Origin: Nemertoderma westbladi
Taxonomy: Eukaryota > Animalia > Xenacoelomorpha
Length of the DNA stretch: 64,000 nt
NCBI GenBank assembly: GCA_032718475.1
Contig: JAUCBJ010001381.1
Location: 1-64,000 of the forward strand
Direction of reading: 5' to 3'
Shown: positions 50,264 through 62,200 of the stretch, in pieces
Layout of the letters: each line of letters starts with the position of its first letter
How positions within the stretch are numbered: position 1 is the first letter of the stretch
Program-made: the position numbers and the translations under genes
Notes under the pieces: generated by a model
Database searches by the model: none
Seen by the model: the letters and a program-made list of their open reading frames with translations, nothing else
What the model was told of the DNA's origin: nothing

Positions 50264-53200
50264 TCAATCGCTTTCACCTTCACTTTCACTTTCATAGACT
50301 TGCATAATTTTACGTCTTGCGTCAATAGCAGCTTTACGTTTCGGTCGAACTACATCAGCTGTTTCAACAGTAGTTTCGGTCGAAGTCAATGTGGGTGTAG
50401 GGTCATGAACATCAGGGCACTCCAAGGGATAAAGACGCTTGATTGGCCTTACACAACTACCATTCTTAGTCCTTAATGTCACTGATCGTACATGACCATC
50501 TATACCTTTATGTAACTCGATGACCTTTCCTAATGACCACTGCATACGAGGTATCTTGTCACCAATCAATACAACATCGCCGATATTTGGAGATCATATA
50601 ATTTCCTTGGCTGTACCCCGATGAAACTCGCGTAATGTTGACAAATAATCCTTATTCCACAGACACCATGCTCGATTAAGAATGTTCTCAAGATATTGAT
50701 GGCGTTCGATTAGCCCCTCTCGAATTCCGAACGGAGGATCATTATTCAGATTGTTACTCTCTTCAATATCGACAGGATATCCTGAGATGCGATGTCCGAT
50801 GAGTAGCATAGAGGGTGTTAAGGGTTCTACTTCTCCAACGTTAGAACTAACATAGGTTAATGGCCGGTCGTTCATCATTGCTTCAACCTCTGTTACAATG
50901 TTCTGCAGAGCCTCGAAATCGATAATGCGACGTCCTAATGCCCTCTTCAAAATACTTTTCCTTATTCCGATCAATCGCTCGTAGAGCCCTCCAAACCAAG
51001 GAGAATACGGAGGGATGAATTCCCAAGAACAACGTTGTGATAAGAGGTAACTCTGAACTGATGAGTCACCTTGTAAGTCTCGTAAATCTAGGTCAGCACC
51101 AATGAATGTGGTTGAATTGTCACTTATAAAACGCGACGGACATCCTCTACGCGCTATAAATCTACGTAGCGCACATAAGAAAGTTTTGACTGAATTGTCC
51201 CGTACGACTTCCCAATGGACAGCCCTAGATAAGCGCACGTAAAAAGAACAAGGTATGCCTTAACAATTTCGTTGCATTCTTCCACTTGTAAAGCGCCTGT
51301 ATAATCAACACCAGTTGTGTTGAAGGGCCGAGACACCTTGTAAAAGCCTTTGCTGAATTGCCCCGTTATTTTTATTATTTTTACATTAAAATACTCTGTA
51401 GTTGATTTAATAGGTGTAAGAGACCGTATTATTGCTGTATCGGTGTTTTTTAGAGGATCTAAGAGCTATTTCCTCCGTATGTGTACTGTGGAAGGCATAG
51501 TTGATGATTCTATGGCAATTCCGTGACGCAAAAGGGGATAGATACTCTTGAACAGTAGTTACTATGACGACGGTTAACAGCTGATATTCATACGTGTCGA
51601 TTTTCTTTGTTCTACGGCATCTCTTAGTTCAGTCAGCCAATCAGAGCATTTTTATGGCTCTTGTACAGAAATTTCCTAGAAATCACGCAATGCATTATGG
51701 GCAGTGTTTACATTCTGTCCTGAGCCAGGAAAGAACGGCTTTGGAATATTTTGTGCTTTTCTGCTTTTAGCCTAACACTAGTAGGCTTAATTATAAGGAC
51801 ATATATCCGTTATCTTAATATCTCACTGGTTATCTCACTGCATTTATCATATCAACCAACCAAACATACATATCTTACTTAACATTACTGCTTTGCTGTC
51901 GGTTATTCATTATATTTGTTGATGAATTATTATATTTGGAATAACGATAAATAACCCCGAAAACCCAATATTCTTGATATACAGAAGGTAAGAGAGACAG
52001 GTTACATATAACGATTGTGACTTATGTTAAAGTGGTTTGAAGTGAATCTAATGTTATTTGATAGACCCTACATGAGTCGGTCTGTGTTCCTTTTATATGT
52101 GACTAAAATCAGTGAAGATCGGCAGATTAGTGTGCAGTATTGTGCAGCGTTGTGTATGAGCGAGACTGATAACGAAGCATTTCCTAAAGAATGCGCCATA
52201 TATGTGAATTGTAACTAAGCCATATCGTTGTGAGTAGTTTAAGTCATAACTCTGTTTATATAGATAGAGCGCCACGTCCTAAAGGAACTGTTAATATTCC
52301 CCGAAGGTGAATAATATTGTCAGAGATTATATAATACTGTCCGTCGAATAATACATTAGGCTTACATAGCAATAAGATTAAGCTGTCGAAGTCAATCTCC
52401 CGGGTATATCCAGCGGGTGAATGATCGCGCACAGATTGGTTTCAACTAGTGTAGTGAATCAAATACTTGTCAGAGGCTAAAAGCGATTTATTATCTAGAA
52501 GACATCCTAATTTGGCGGGTTAAACTGCCAAAGGTTAATAGATTCAAATCACAAACTAATTTTGACCAATCACGAGCCAGATTACTAGGAATGACGTCAT
52601 CCCATTTCAAATTTAATTTCCAGAGTTCTTGAATTAGCATTTTAGAACGAATAGTAACCGGAACTAACCACCCATAGGGATCATATATCTTTGGAGCAGA
52701 ACTAACAACATGGCGTTTTGTCAGTTTGTCAATGTCAGGAACGTCAATTTTGCGGGTTGGAAAACCTAAGGTGTCTGCATTAATATTCCAATTAATACCA
52801 AAAATCAAGGTGTCAGGTTTGTCAGTTGTAGGACCGTCACCATTCAGTCTAATAATGTTACTCAATTTCGGTGAATTTGTGAACCATTGTCGCAAAGGAA
52901 ACCCACCTTCCCTTAAAATAGCGCGACTTTGAATGTAAAAATCAATAAGTCGATCTTCGGATACCTCTGTATCCTGTAAATTGTCTACATACATATTTTG
53001 CAAAATTATTTTTGCAATAGGAGCATTACACTGTTTAAGGTGATGTTGAATAGTTGAGTTCAACAAAAATTGGCTGCAGTTTGCACCAAATAAAACCACT
53101 TTAAATCTATAAGTCAAAATTGGACTATTAAGATCAAATGGATCTTTAGGCCAAAGAAATCTAGTGACGTCACGGTCTATTTCGGCTAACCCTATTTGAA

Positions 53201-55838
53201 AATAAGCCTTTTCAATATCAGAAATAGCACAGAAATTATGAATACGAAAACGTAACAATAAATCATACAGTAGTTGATTTGTAGGCGGACCAGTTAACAA
53301 ACAATCATTTAAACTGACATGGTTTTTACCGCTACCAGAAGAACAATCATACACTATACGTAAAGGAGTAGTGGCGGATTGCGGTTTTTCTACACCGTGG
53401 TGTGGTATATAGTGCACCAGATTACCGCTACGAGTGATTCCATTGGATACAAAAATATCATCAACAGGAACTAATTCAATAAAATTTCTAGTTAACTGCT
53501 CATTAACTAAGTTATTGTAACAAGTTAGAAAGTCTGGGTTTCTACGTAATTTATTTAATGTAGATTCTAACCGTTTTCTACATAAACCGTAGTTTAGTGA
53601 TAAATGGGCGTGGTTTTGTAACCATGGCAACCTTGTAATGTACATACCATCACTATATTCAATGCTATTATTAAATTCAAGAATAGCGGTTTCGTGATCA
53701 AAATTGGTAGCATTCATATTAATACCTATTTCATCTAAACTCCACAAACGTTCTAAACATACAGAAACGTCATTACATTGGAGACATAATTCACTTGGTT
53801 TAACATTGCAATATTCAAAATTATGATTTACACTAATGCCAATGTGCATAACAGAAATAACGTTATTTTGTATACGTGTATCAGAAATCTTACCAGAATG
53901 TACATTTCCTACTATGATATTACCCAAATTGGATGGTAATACATTTACGTCATTTATAACATTATCATTGTAAACAAAATTGAAATACTGATCACTACCA
54001 ATAAGTAAACAAATATTGGAAATGGAATCCCCACGGCAAGGATCCGCTAAACTAAATCCTTGTAATGTAAACCGATCGACGATCGCGGAACGGCCCGGAG
54101 TCGACAAACGAGGCAATCTATCAACTAAAATAGCGTTTGTTTCCACGAAACCATCTGAGGTTTCAACGTTAAATGAAACTACATCGTACCATTGACACAA
54201 TCCGTCACTATTAATCCCATCGATACCGATCCAAATCCGTTCCACAATAGGAAGATGTAATGATTCAGCAGCTTGGCGGAGCAATAGAGTACGTTGCGAG
54301 CCTTGATCGAAAAGCGCCCGCAACTTATAGGTACGACGATTATTATCGCTAATAACCGGAACTACGGCAGTCGGTAGTAGCGTTGAATGGTTATCGGTAA
54401 CCAGAGTAGAAAAGGAGACGGAGGCAACACTTCCCTTTGAACCACTAGATGCAGTCGGTTGTCGGTTTGTGTCTCTAGAGCTAGATGCTTGGGATTGTAA
54501 TAACGTGGAACCGTGAAGCACTGTATGATGGCGACTGTTACAAACGAAACAATTTTGAGTCGAACACTTCGATAAGTTCGAATGTTCCGGTTTTAAACAG
54601 TTGGTACACAGCTTTAATTCATTGACGCGCTGTGCTTTCTTATCAGGCGTTTTATATATATCGCAGAAACGAACGCTATGCTCACCCTTACACAGGAAGC
54701 ATTTTATCGGCCTTATAGGTCTATTAGTGAACGTCTTCGATGATGGAGATGAGACGGAGAACGAACCGGCGGTTCCGCCTCTGACGTCTTCTGGAGAAAA
54801 CCTCTTCTTGTCGACCCAACCTCCCTTTCCCTTCGAAGAAATTGTTGGCTGGGATTCTAGCGAAGTTAACTGCTCGATCTCCTCTTGAAGAGCTTTACGT
54901 AGTTCGTCAAGGGTCCAATATGAAGTTCGAGCCGCACGATTAATGTTATCTCGGATTTTGGCGGGAAGTTTCCTCAACAAAATTTCAGAATATACATATC
55001 CCGCCTCTTCCACATTACCACCGAGATTCCTAATGCCACGTATCTGAGCCTCGTACATAGCTCGGAACGCAGCAAGTTCCCGAGATGACGCACCCGGGGA
55101 CTCCAAATCTAGAAGTAGATGTAAATGCGACCGCATAATTAATTGCGGTTTACCGAACGATTCGCGTAGTAACTGGACAGCTTCCTCGTAATCTTCGTTC
55201 GATCTTTGGAAGTTGTCGACTAGTCTGGCAGCATCTCCGCTGAGCTGCCCTTCTAGGTAGGAAAACTTTGTCGCCCCAGCTAAATCAGAACGGCTATGAA
55301 CGGCGTCGTTAAATCTATCCCAAAAGTTAGTCCAGTCGACTGGATTGCCACTGAAAACCGGAAGCTTTAATACCGGAAGCTTCTGAGTTTTATGAGGGTT
55401 TGTAGAGGACGCACCTGATGTATTATGATTGTGAGGATGTTGTGGTTCGCCCATATCATCGAATTGACCATGATAATCACCAGAATTGAAACGATTGTTG
55501 TCCTCTCTAATTCGTATGAACTTCTCACAACGTCGTATTGTGGAAGAAATTCACATATCGTCCTTGGAATTCGTTTCTATATCCGCAGCAATGACGTCAG
55601 CCTCGACAATATGAGAATATATTTCCTCGTTGACATCGTTCAACTTCGATTGTTGAACTCGAAGAGCCTCGATAACATCCCGGATCGTGTCGACATCCGG
55701 ATCGGTTACAAACTCCCTAGTGGCTGCGTCAACATAGATTAAACCATCGAGTTGAGTCATTAGTCGAGACGCTACCGATTTGTGACCTCGTCGCTTATTT
55801 TTCAGGTGTCGTAAGGTGTCAGCATCCATGTCCATCAC
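50264..55838 (-). pseudogene. BEL gag-pol copy 2, RNase H region deleted and replaced by a foreign LTR
   Basis: Near-identical to copy 1. CGA>TGA at 55551. Shared TGA at 50594. Lacks the equivalent of 38971-40194. Confidence 0.9.
51339..52535 (+). mobile_element. Diverged, 3'-clipped LTR related to the exonuclease-element LTR
   Basis: Reverse-complement homologue of 10155-11321 along its whole length. Starts precisely at TG. Lacks the last ~15 nt. Confidence 0.9.
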
Positions 55839-56300
55839 GCTATTACGTTGCCGTTAAATCGGGATCCGTTGACCCAATAGGCAAGCCTGATTTGTGATTG
55901 CTGACTACTGGACTAGCAGACAAGTCTGCTACTGCTAGTGCTGCGGTAAAACGATTAGGCTCTACCGGTATTACCGGTAAGAGTTATTAAGTTGTCAGGA
56001 CGACAATTTCCGGGCGAGTCCCGGGTCACCGCACCAAATGTCCGGAATATTTCGGAATCCCGGACATCGAAAATATCACAGACCGAAAGAAAACATGTAT
56101 TTCTTGCTTGCTAGTATATTACTCAGTTCGTATATATATCAGTATATGATAGGATAACGTACATACATAAATGTCAGATAACACAAAACTAAAAATATAA
56201 AGAGGCTAAAAACACAGTGTACTCTACTGCCGTACTGCCTGACTGAACTACCAACTGAAAGCACCCAGCTGATCATCCTAAATACAGTATATTTGGGACA

Positions 56301-56757
56301 GTGGGCGCTACGCTACTCCTATCTGCTAAGTGAGGGTAGGGGTGGGCGCTACGCTACTCCTATCTGCTACCCGAAGTTAGATGTGGGCGCTACTCCTATC
56401 TGCTACCCGAGGGTGGTGTGGGCGCTACTCCTATCTGCTACCCGAGGGTAGGGGTGGGCGCTACGCTACTCCTATCTGCTACCCGAGGGTAGGGGTGGGC
56501 GTTACTCCTATCTGCTACCCAAGGGTAGGGGTGGGTGCTACTCCTATCTGCTACCCGAGGGTAGGGGTGGGCGCTACTCCTATCTGCTACCCGAAGGTAG
56601 GGGTGGGCGCTACTCCTATCTGCTACCTGAAGGTAGGGGTGGGCGCTACTCCTATCTGCTACCCGAGGGTAGGGGTGGGCGCTACTCCTATCTGCTACCC
56701 GAGGGTAGGGGTGGTTGCTACTCCAATCTGCTACCCGAAGGTAGGGGTGGGCGCTAT
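56301..56757. repeat. 36-bp G-rich minisatellite
   Basis: (GCTACTCCTATCTGCTACCCGAGGGTAGGGGTGGGC)n, about 12 copies. Confidence 0.95.
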
Positions 56758-56987
56758 TTCTAACGCAAGTTTGGCTCCCAGTAATTCAACTGATCCTCTT
56801 AATAGAGTTGTATAATAGTATTGTATGTACCATTTAGTTTACTCATTTAGTTGGTGGTACAATATTACCGTGTTGGTGCACAGGTTTAGATGGTCTATGA
56901 CAATATAATTTACTATTATTAGTAAAAGTCCATCTGTGTTACTTATCGGATGATTATGAAGCGAACCAGTTTCCCAGAACTCCAAGT

Positions 56988-59224
56988 CAGATCCCCTAAG
57001 CGCCCATCTAGAACCATCCACACAAGATCCCCTAAGCGCCCATCTAGAACCATCCACACCAGATCCCCTAAGCGCCCATCTAGAACCATCCACACCAGAT
57101 CCCCTAAGCGCCATCTTGAACCATCCACACCAGATCCCCTAAGCACCCATCTAGAACCATCCACACCATATCCCCTAATCGCCCATCTAGAACCATCCAC
57201 ACCAGATCCCCTAAGCACCATCTAGAACCATCCACACCAGATCCCCTAAGCGCCCATATAGAACCATCCACACCAGATCCCCTAAGCGCCATCTTGAACC
57301 ATCCACACCAGATCCCCTAAGCACCCATCTAGAACCATCCACACCATATCCCCTAATCGCCCATCTAGAACCATCCACACCAGTTCCCCTCCGCCCATCT
57401 AGAACCATCCACACCAGTTCCCCTCCGCCCATCTAGAACCATCCACACCAGATCCCCTAATCGCCCATCTAGAACCATCCACACCAGTTCCCCTCCGCCC
57501 ATCTAGAACCATCCACACCAGTTCCCCTCCGCCCATCTAGAACCATCCACACCAGATCCCCTAAGCGCCCATCTAGAACCATCCACACCAGTTCCCCTCC
57601 GTCCATCTAGAACCATCCACACCAGTTCCCCTCCGCCCATCTAGAACCATCCACACCAGATCCCCTAAGCACCATCTAGAACCAACCACACCAGATCCCC
57701 TAAGCGCCCATCTAGAACCATCCACACCAGATCCCCTAAGCGCCATCTAGAACCATTCACACCAGATCCCCTAAGCACCCATCTAGAACCATCCACACCA
57801 GTTCCCCATCCGCCCATCTAGAACCATCCACACCAGATCCCCTAAGCGCCATCTAGAACCATCCACACCAGATCCCCTAAGCGCCATCTAGAACCAACCA
57901 CACCAGATCCCCTAAGCGCCCATCTAGAACCATCCACACCAGATCCCCTAAGCGCCCATCTAGAACCATCCACACCAGATCCCCTAAGCGCCATCTTGAA
58001 CCATCCACACCAGATCCCCTAAGCGCCCATCTAGAACCATCCACACCAGATCCCATCCGCCCATCTAGAACCATCCACACCAGATCCCCTAATCGCCCAT
58101 CTAGAACCATCCACACCAGTTCCCCTCCGCCCATCTAGAACCATCCACACCAGATCCCCCAAGCGCCCATCTAGAACCATCCACACCAGATCCCCTAATC
58201 GCCCACCTAGAACCATCCACACCAGATCCCCTAAGCGCCATCGAGAACCATCCACACCAGATCCCCTAAGCGCCATCTAGAACCATCCACACCAGATCCC
58301 CTAAGCGCCATCTTGAACCATCCACACCAGATCCCCTAAGCGCCCATCTAGAACCATCCACACCAGATCCCCTCCGCCCATCTAGAACCATCCACACCAG
58401 ATCCCCTAATCGCCCATCTAGAACCATCCACACCAGTTCCCCTCCGCCCATCTAGAACCATCCACACCAGATCCCCCAAGCGCCCATCTAGAACCATCCA
58501 CACCAGATCCCCTAATCGCCCACCTAGAACCATCCACACCAGATCCCCTAAGCGCCATCGAGAACCATCCACACCAGATCCCCTAAGCGCCATCTAGAAC
58601 CATCCACACCAGATCCCCTAAGCACCATCTAGAACCAACCACACCAGATCCCCTAAGCGCCCATCTAGAACCATCCACACCAGATCCCCTAATCGCCCAT
58701 CTAGAACCATCCACACCAGTTCCCCTCCGCCCATCTAGAACCATCCACACCAGATCCCCCAAGCGCCCATCTAGAACCATCCACACCAGATCCCCTAATC
58801 GCCCACCTAGAACCATCCACACCAGATCCCCTAAGCGCCATCGAGAACCATCCACACCAGATCCCCTAAGCACCATCTAGAACCAACCACACCAGATCCC
58901 CTAAGCGCCCATCTAGAACCAACCACACCAGATCCCCTAAGCGAAATCTAGAACCATCCACACCAGATCCCCTAAGCGCCCCTCTAGAACCACCCACACC
59001 AGATCCCCTAAGCACCATCTAGAACCATCCACACCAGATCCCCCAAGCGCCCATCTAGAACCATCCACACCAGTTCCCCTCCGCCCATCTAGAACCATCC
59101 ACACCAGATCCCCCAAGCGCCCATCTAGAACCATCCACACCAGATCCCCTAATCGCCCACCTAGAACCATCCACACCAGATCCCCTAAGCGCCATCGAGA
59201 ACCATCCACACCAGATCCCCTAAG
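56988..59224. repeat. 35/36-bp satellite with ~317-bp higher-order repeat
   Basis: (AGATCCCCTAAGCGCCCATCTAGAACCATCCACACC)n. The variant pattern recurs at 58031 vs 58348. Confidence 0.95.
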
Positions 59225-62200
59225 TGTAATGTTCGCTACACAGCGAATCATGAAAGGATAAACTACCCATTCAGATGTCTGACTAAAAGAGGGGAATCCG
59301 CTATACAGCAGTAACTTCCATGTATATTCAGAACTAAGAACAGCACATAATATATTTGAATCTCCCGCCACCATTGGATATCTTAGATCGACTATAACAA
59401 CTCTCCTTTTTTAGAGATACAAATTGGATCTGAATGTCTAGACTAAATAACCTATGAATGTATTTTAAACTCAATATACACTTATACATTATATCATAAT
59501 ACACTTTACACTGTATAATAATGTCCTAGTTCCTTTTTTTTTGAGATTTATTCGTGATGAATCTATATATTTCCACCTAGTTGACTATAATCAAGACGAT
59601 TGGGTTGACATTTGTCACGTGCACTTCGTCGAACACTTGGTGAGTCCAGATCGATTGTATTATCCATTGAATTGTCGCTTGAATTGTAATTCGATTGCGC
59701 CATATTGTCCGAATGATTTATTAGTTCAGCTTGGACTGGGCGGATAAATCTCCGATTCCGCCATAAGTTTCGTCCAGACGGAAAGCGTAACCGATATCTG
59801 CGATCATTGGCAGTTTCAATGACTTTAGCGATGCGATCCCATTTATTAGTTGATGTATTTTGCACTAGGACAGTGGTGTTTGTCGATATTGGCGTGAGTG
59901 CAAAAGCGGATCTGTTATAATAGTATTTCTGTTTCTCAGCTGTATCCAACCTTCGATGGTCGGATAAATCAGCACTTCTTTGCCATTCTGGCGAATAAGC
60001 ACGCCAATGAGTTGGTATTAGTGTCCGCGTAGGGTGTCCGAATACACGTTGTGCCGGGGATAGGCCATCAGAATTGGGAGTGTTATATAATTCTAACATG
60101 CCAGACTGAAATTCGTGACTTTCTATGTTACCGCCGGTTTTCGCCAATAAGTATTTAGCTTTTTTGACATTTGCTTCGGCATGTCCATTTCCCTGGGGAT
60201 GTTTAGGTGATGAGGGAGTCCATTTAACTCCCCAAGTCTGTAGGAATTTTGACATTGTTTCTGCAGCATATTGGGGTCCTTGATCCGTTGTTAGTGTGTT
60301 GGGTATACCAAGCATTGCAAATAAACGTCGCAATACCTTTATTGTATCGGTTGCAGAAGGTGCACTGGGAAACTTTTCGACCAATAGATATCCGGAATAC
60401 CTGTCGGCATATATTATGTAATATTGTGTTGAAAGTTGGTAAAAATCAGATGAGACTGAAACAAATGCTCGTTTTGGAATGTGTGCTTGAAGAAGTGGTT
60501 CATGAGGTAATGAACTCCGATATTTCTGACATTCTAAACATTTATTTACTGTGTTGGTGATATCAGTGGAATAACCGGGCCAGTATACGGATTGACGTGC
60601 GCGTCTTTTTGTGCGGTCTATTCCTTGGTGACTTGCGTGGAGTTTACGGAGAATATCATTAACTGATGTTGGTGGAATGACAATCTGATGTCCTTTCAAT
60701 ACGATACCATTTTCTATAGAAAGGTCATTGCGAATACTCTTAAACTTTTGAATGTATCCATTATTATTAGTATTTTGAAAGTTATTAGAGATTGCTGTAA
60801 TAAGTTCTTGATAATTAATGTCTCTGTCGGCGCATTTACGCAAATCGTCTACTATTAAGTCAGGTATTTCGAATGCAGCTATGTTTGTATCAATTGCATG
60901 CAGTGCCGAATTTTCCATTTCTATCAGATCATCATCAATATCTGGCTCTAGAACCGGTGCTCTAGACAGTGCGTCTGGGATTGAGTGTTGTTTTCCGTGT
61001 TCCCAAACTACGGAGAAACTGTAGTCGCTTAGTCTAGATCTATAATTGAGAATGCGAGTGTTATCGATCTCTATTAATCCATAGTTGTTGAATATTTGGA
61101 CCAGAGGTTTGTGGTCTGTGATAACAGTAAATTGGGGTATACCTGCCAAATACACATGACATTTTTTGATGGCCCATGTTATAGCTAAGGCTTCTAGTTC
61201 AATAACCGCGTATCTGGTCTCAACATCCTTCAAGAAGCGGCTTCCGCATTGAATTAATTTCTGAACTCCTGCCTGTTTTTGCAGTAGTGCAAACCCAAGT
61301 CCATTTAACCGTGATGCATCTGTTTTTAATATGGTTTCAGCGGTGGGATCGAACATTCCAAGAATTGGTGGGCTCAATAATATTTGTTTTGTTTTTTTGA
61401 ATGCTATAGAATGCTCTTCCATCCATGTAAAGTTGTTCTTTGTACTTAATAACTGGCGTAACGGAGTGGTTGCAGACGAAATTTCTTTGCTGAATGAACC
61501 CAATTGGTTTACTAATCCTAAGAAACTACGCAGGTCTGATCTGGTAGTAGGCACTGGAAAATCTGATATTGCACTGGTTTTCCGTTGATCAATTGAAATT
61601 TCACCATAAGAAATATGATATCCTACAAAGTTGATCTGTTCTGCGCACATGATTGACTTCGATTTGTTTACTGTTAAATTATGGTATGCACACCTCTCAA
61701 GTACATTGCAAACAGTTCTGATAAGATCTGGTAGGGTTGATGTACCTATACCAATGTCGTCAATGACCTTTTGAACATTTATACCGGCCATAGCATGATC
61801 CCCGCGAAATGAATAACTGTCACCTGTAGACACAAATCCCATAGGTGATCTCAAGTATTTGTATTTCCCAAATGGAGTTATAAAGACAGTGAGATCTTGT
61901 GCTGCTGAATCTAATGGCATTTGCCAATAGCCTTTAACTAAATCAATTTTACTGAAAAATCTGTCATTAAGTGAAAATCCACTGATTGCCTCGGCTGGGG
62001 TTTTGGTATGATATGCGGTTCTCTCTACCTGTGTATTTAATTTGGTTAAATCGGCACATATACGAACCTCACCATTCTGTTTTGGAGTGACCACGATGGG
62101 ATGGCACCATGATGTAGGTATATCTCCTACAGGTTCTATTATTTCACGTTCTACCATGTATTCTAATGCCTTTTTGGCTTTGTCTCGCATTGCATATGGT

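Larger units (their letters stand above)
37510..56300 (-). mobile_element. Tandem BEL/Pao retrotransposon array, LTR-int-LTR-int-LTR
   Basis: ~260-bp LTRs at 37510-37769, 49873-50140 and 56039-56300. PBS TGGTGCGGTGACCCGG (tRNA-His-like). PPT-position GGGGCCCAGTG. gag-PR-RT-RH-IN order. Confidence 0.95.

Noticed and set aside
19404-55553. Repeated in-frame TGA codons suggesting stop-codon reassignment or readthrough
   Set aside because: The TGA at 55551 is CGA in the sister copy (CpG-type transition), and TGA is also used as the true terminator at 37895.
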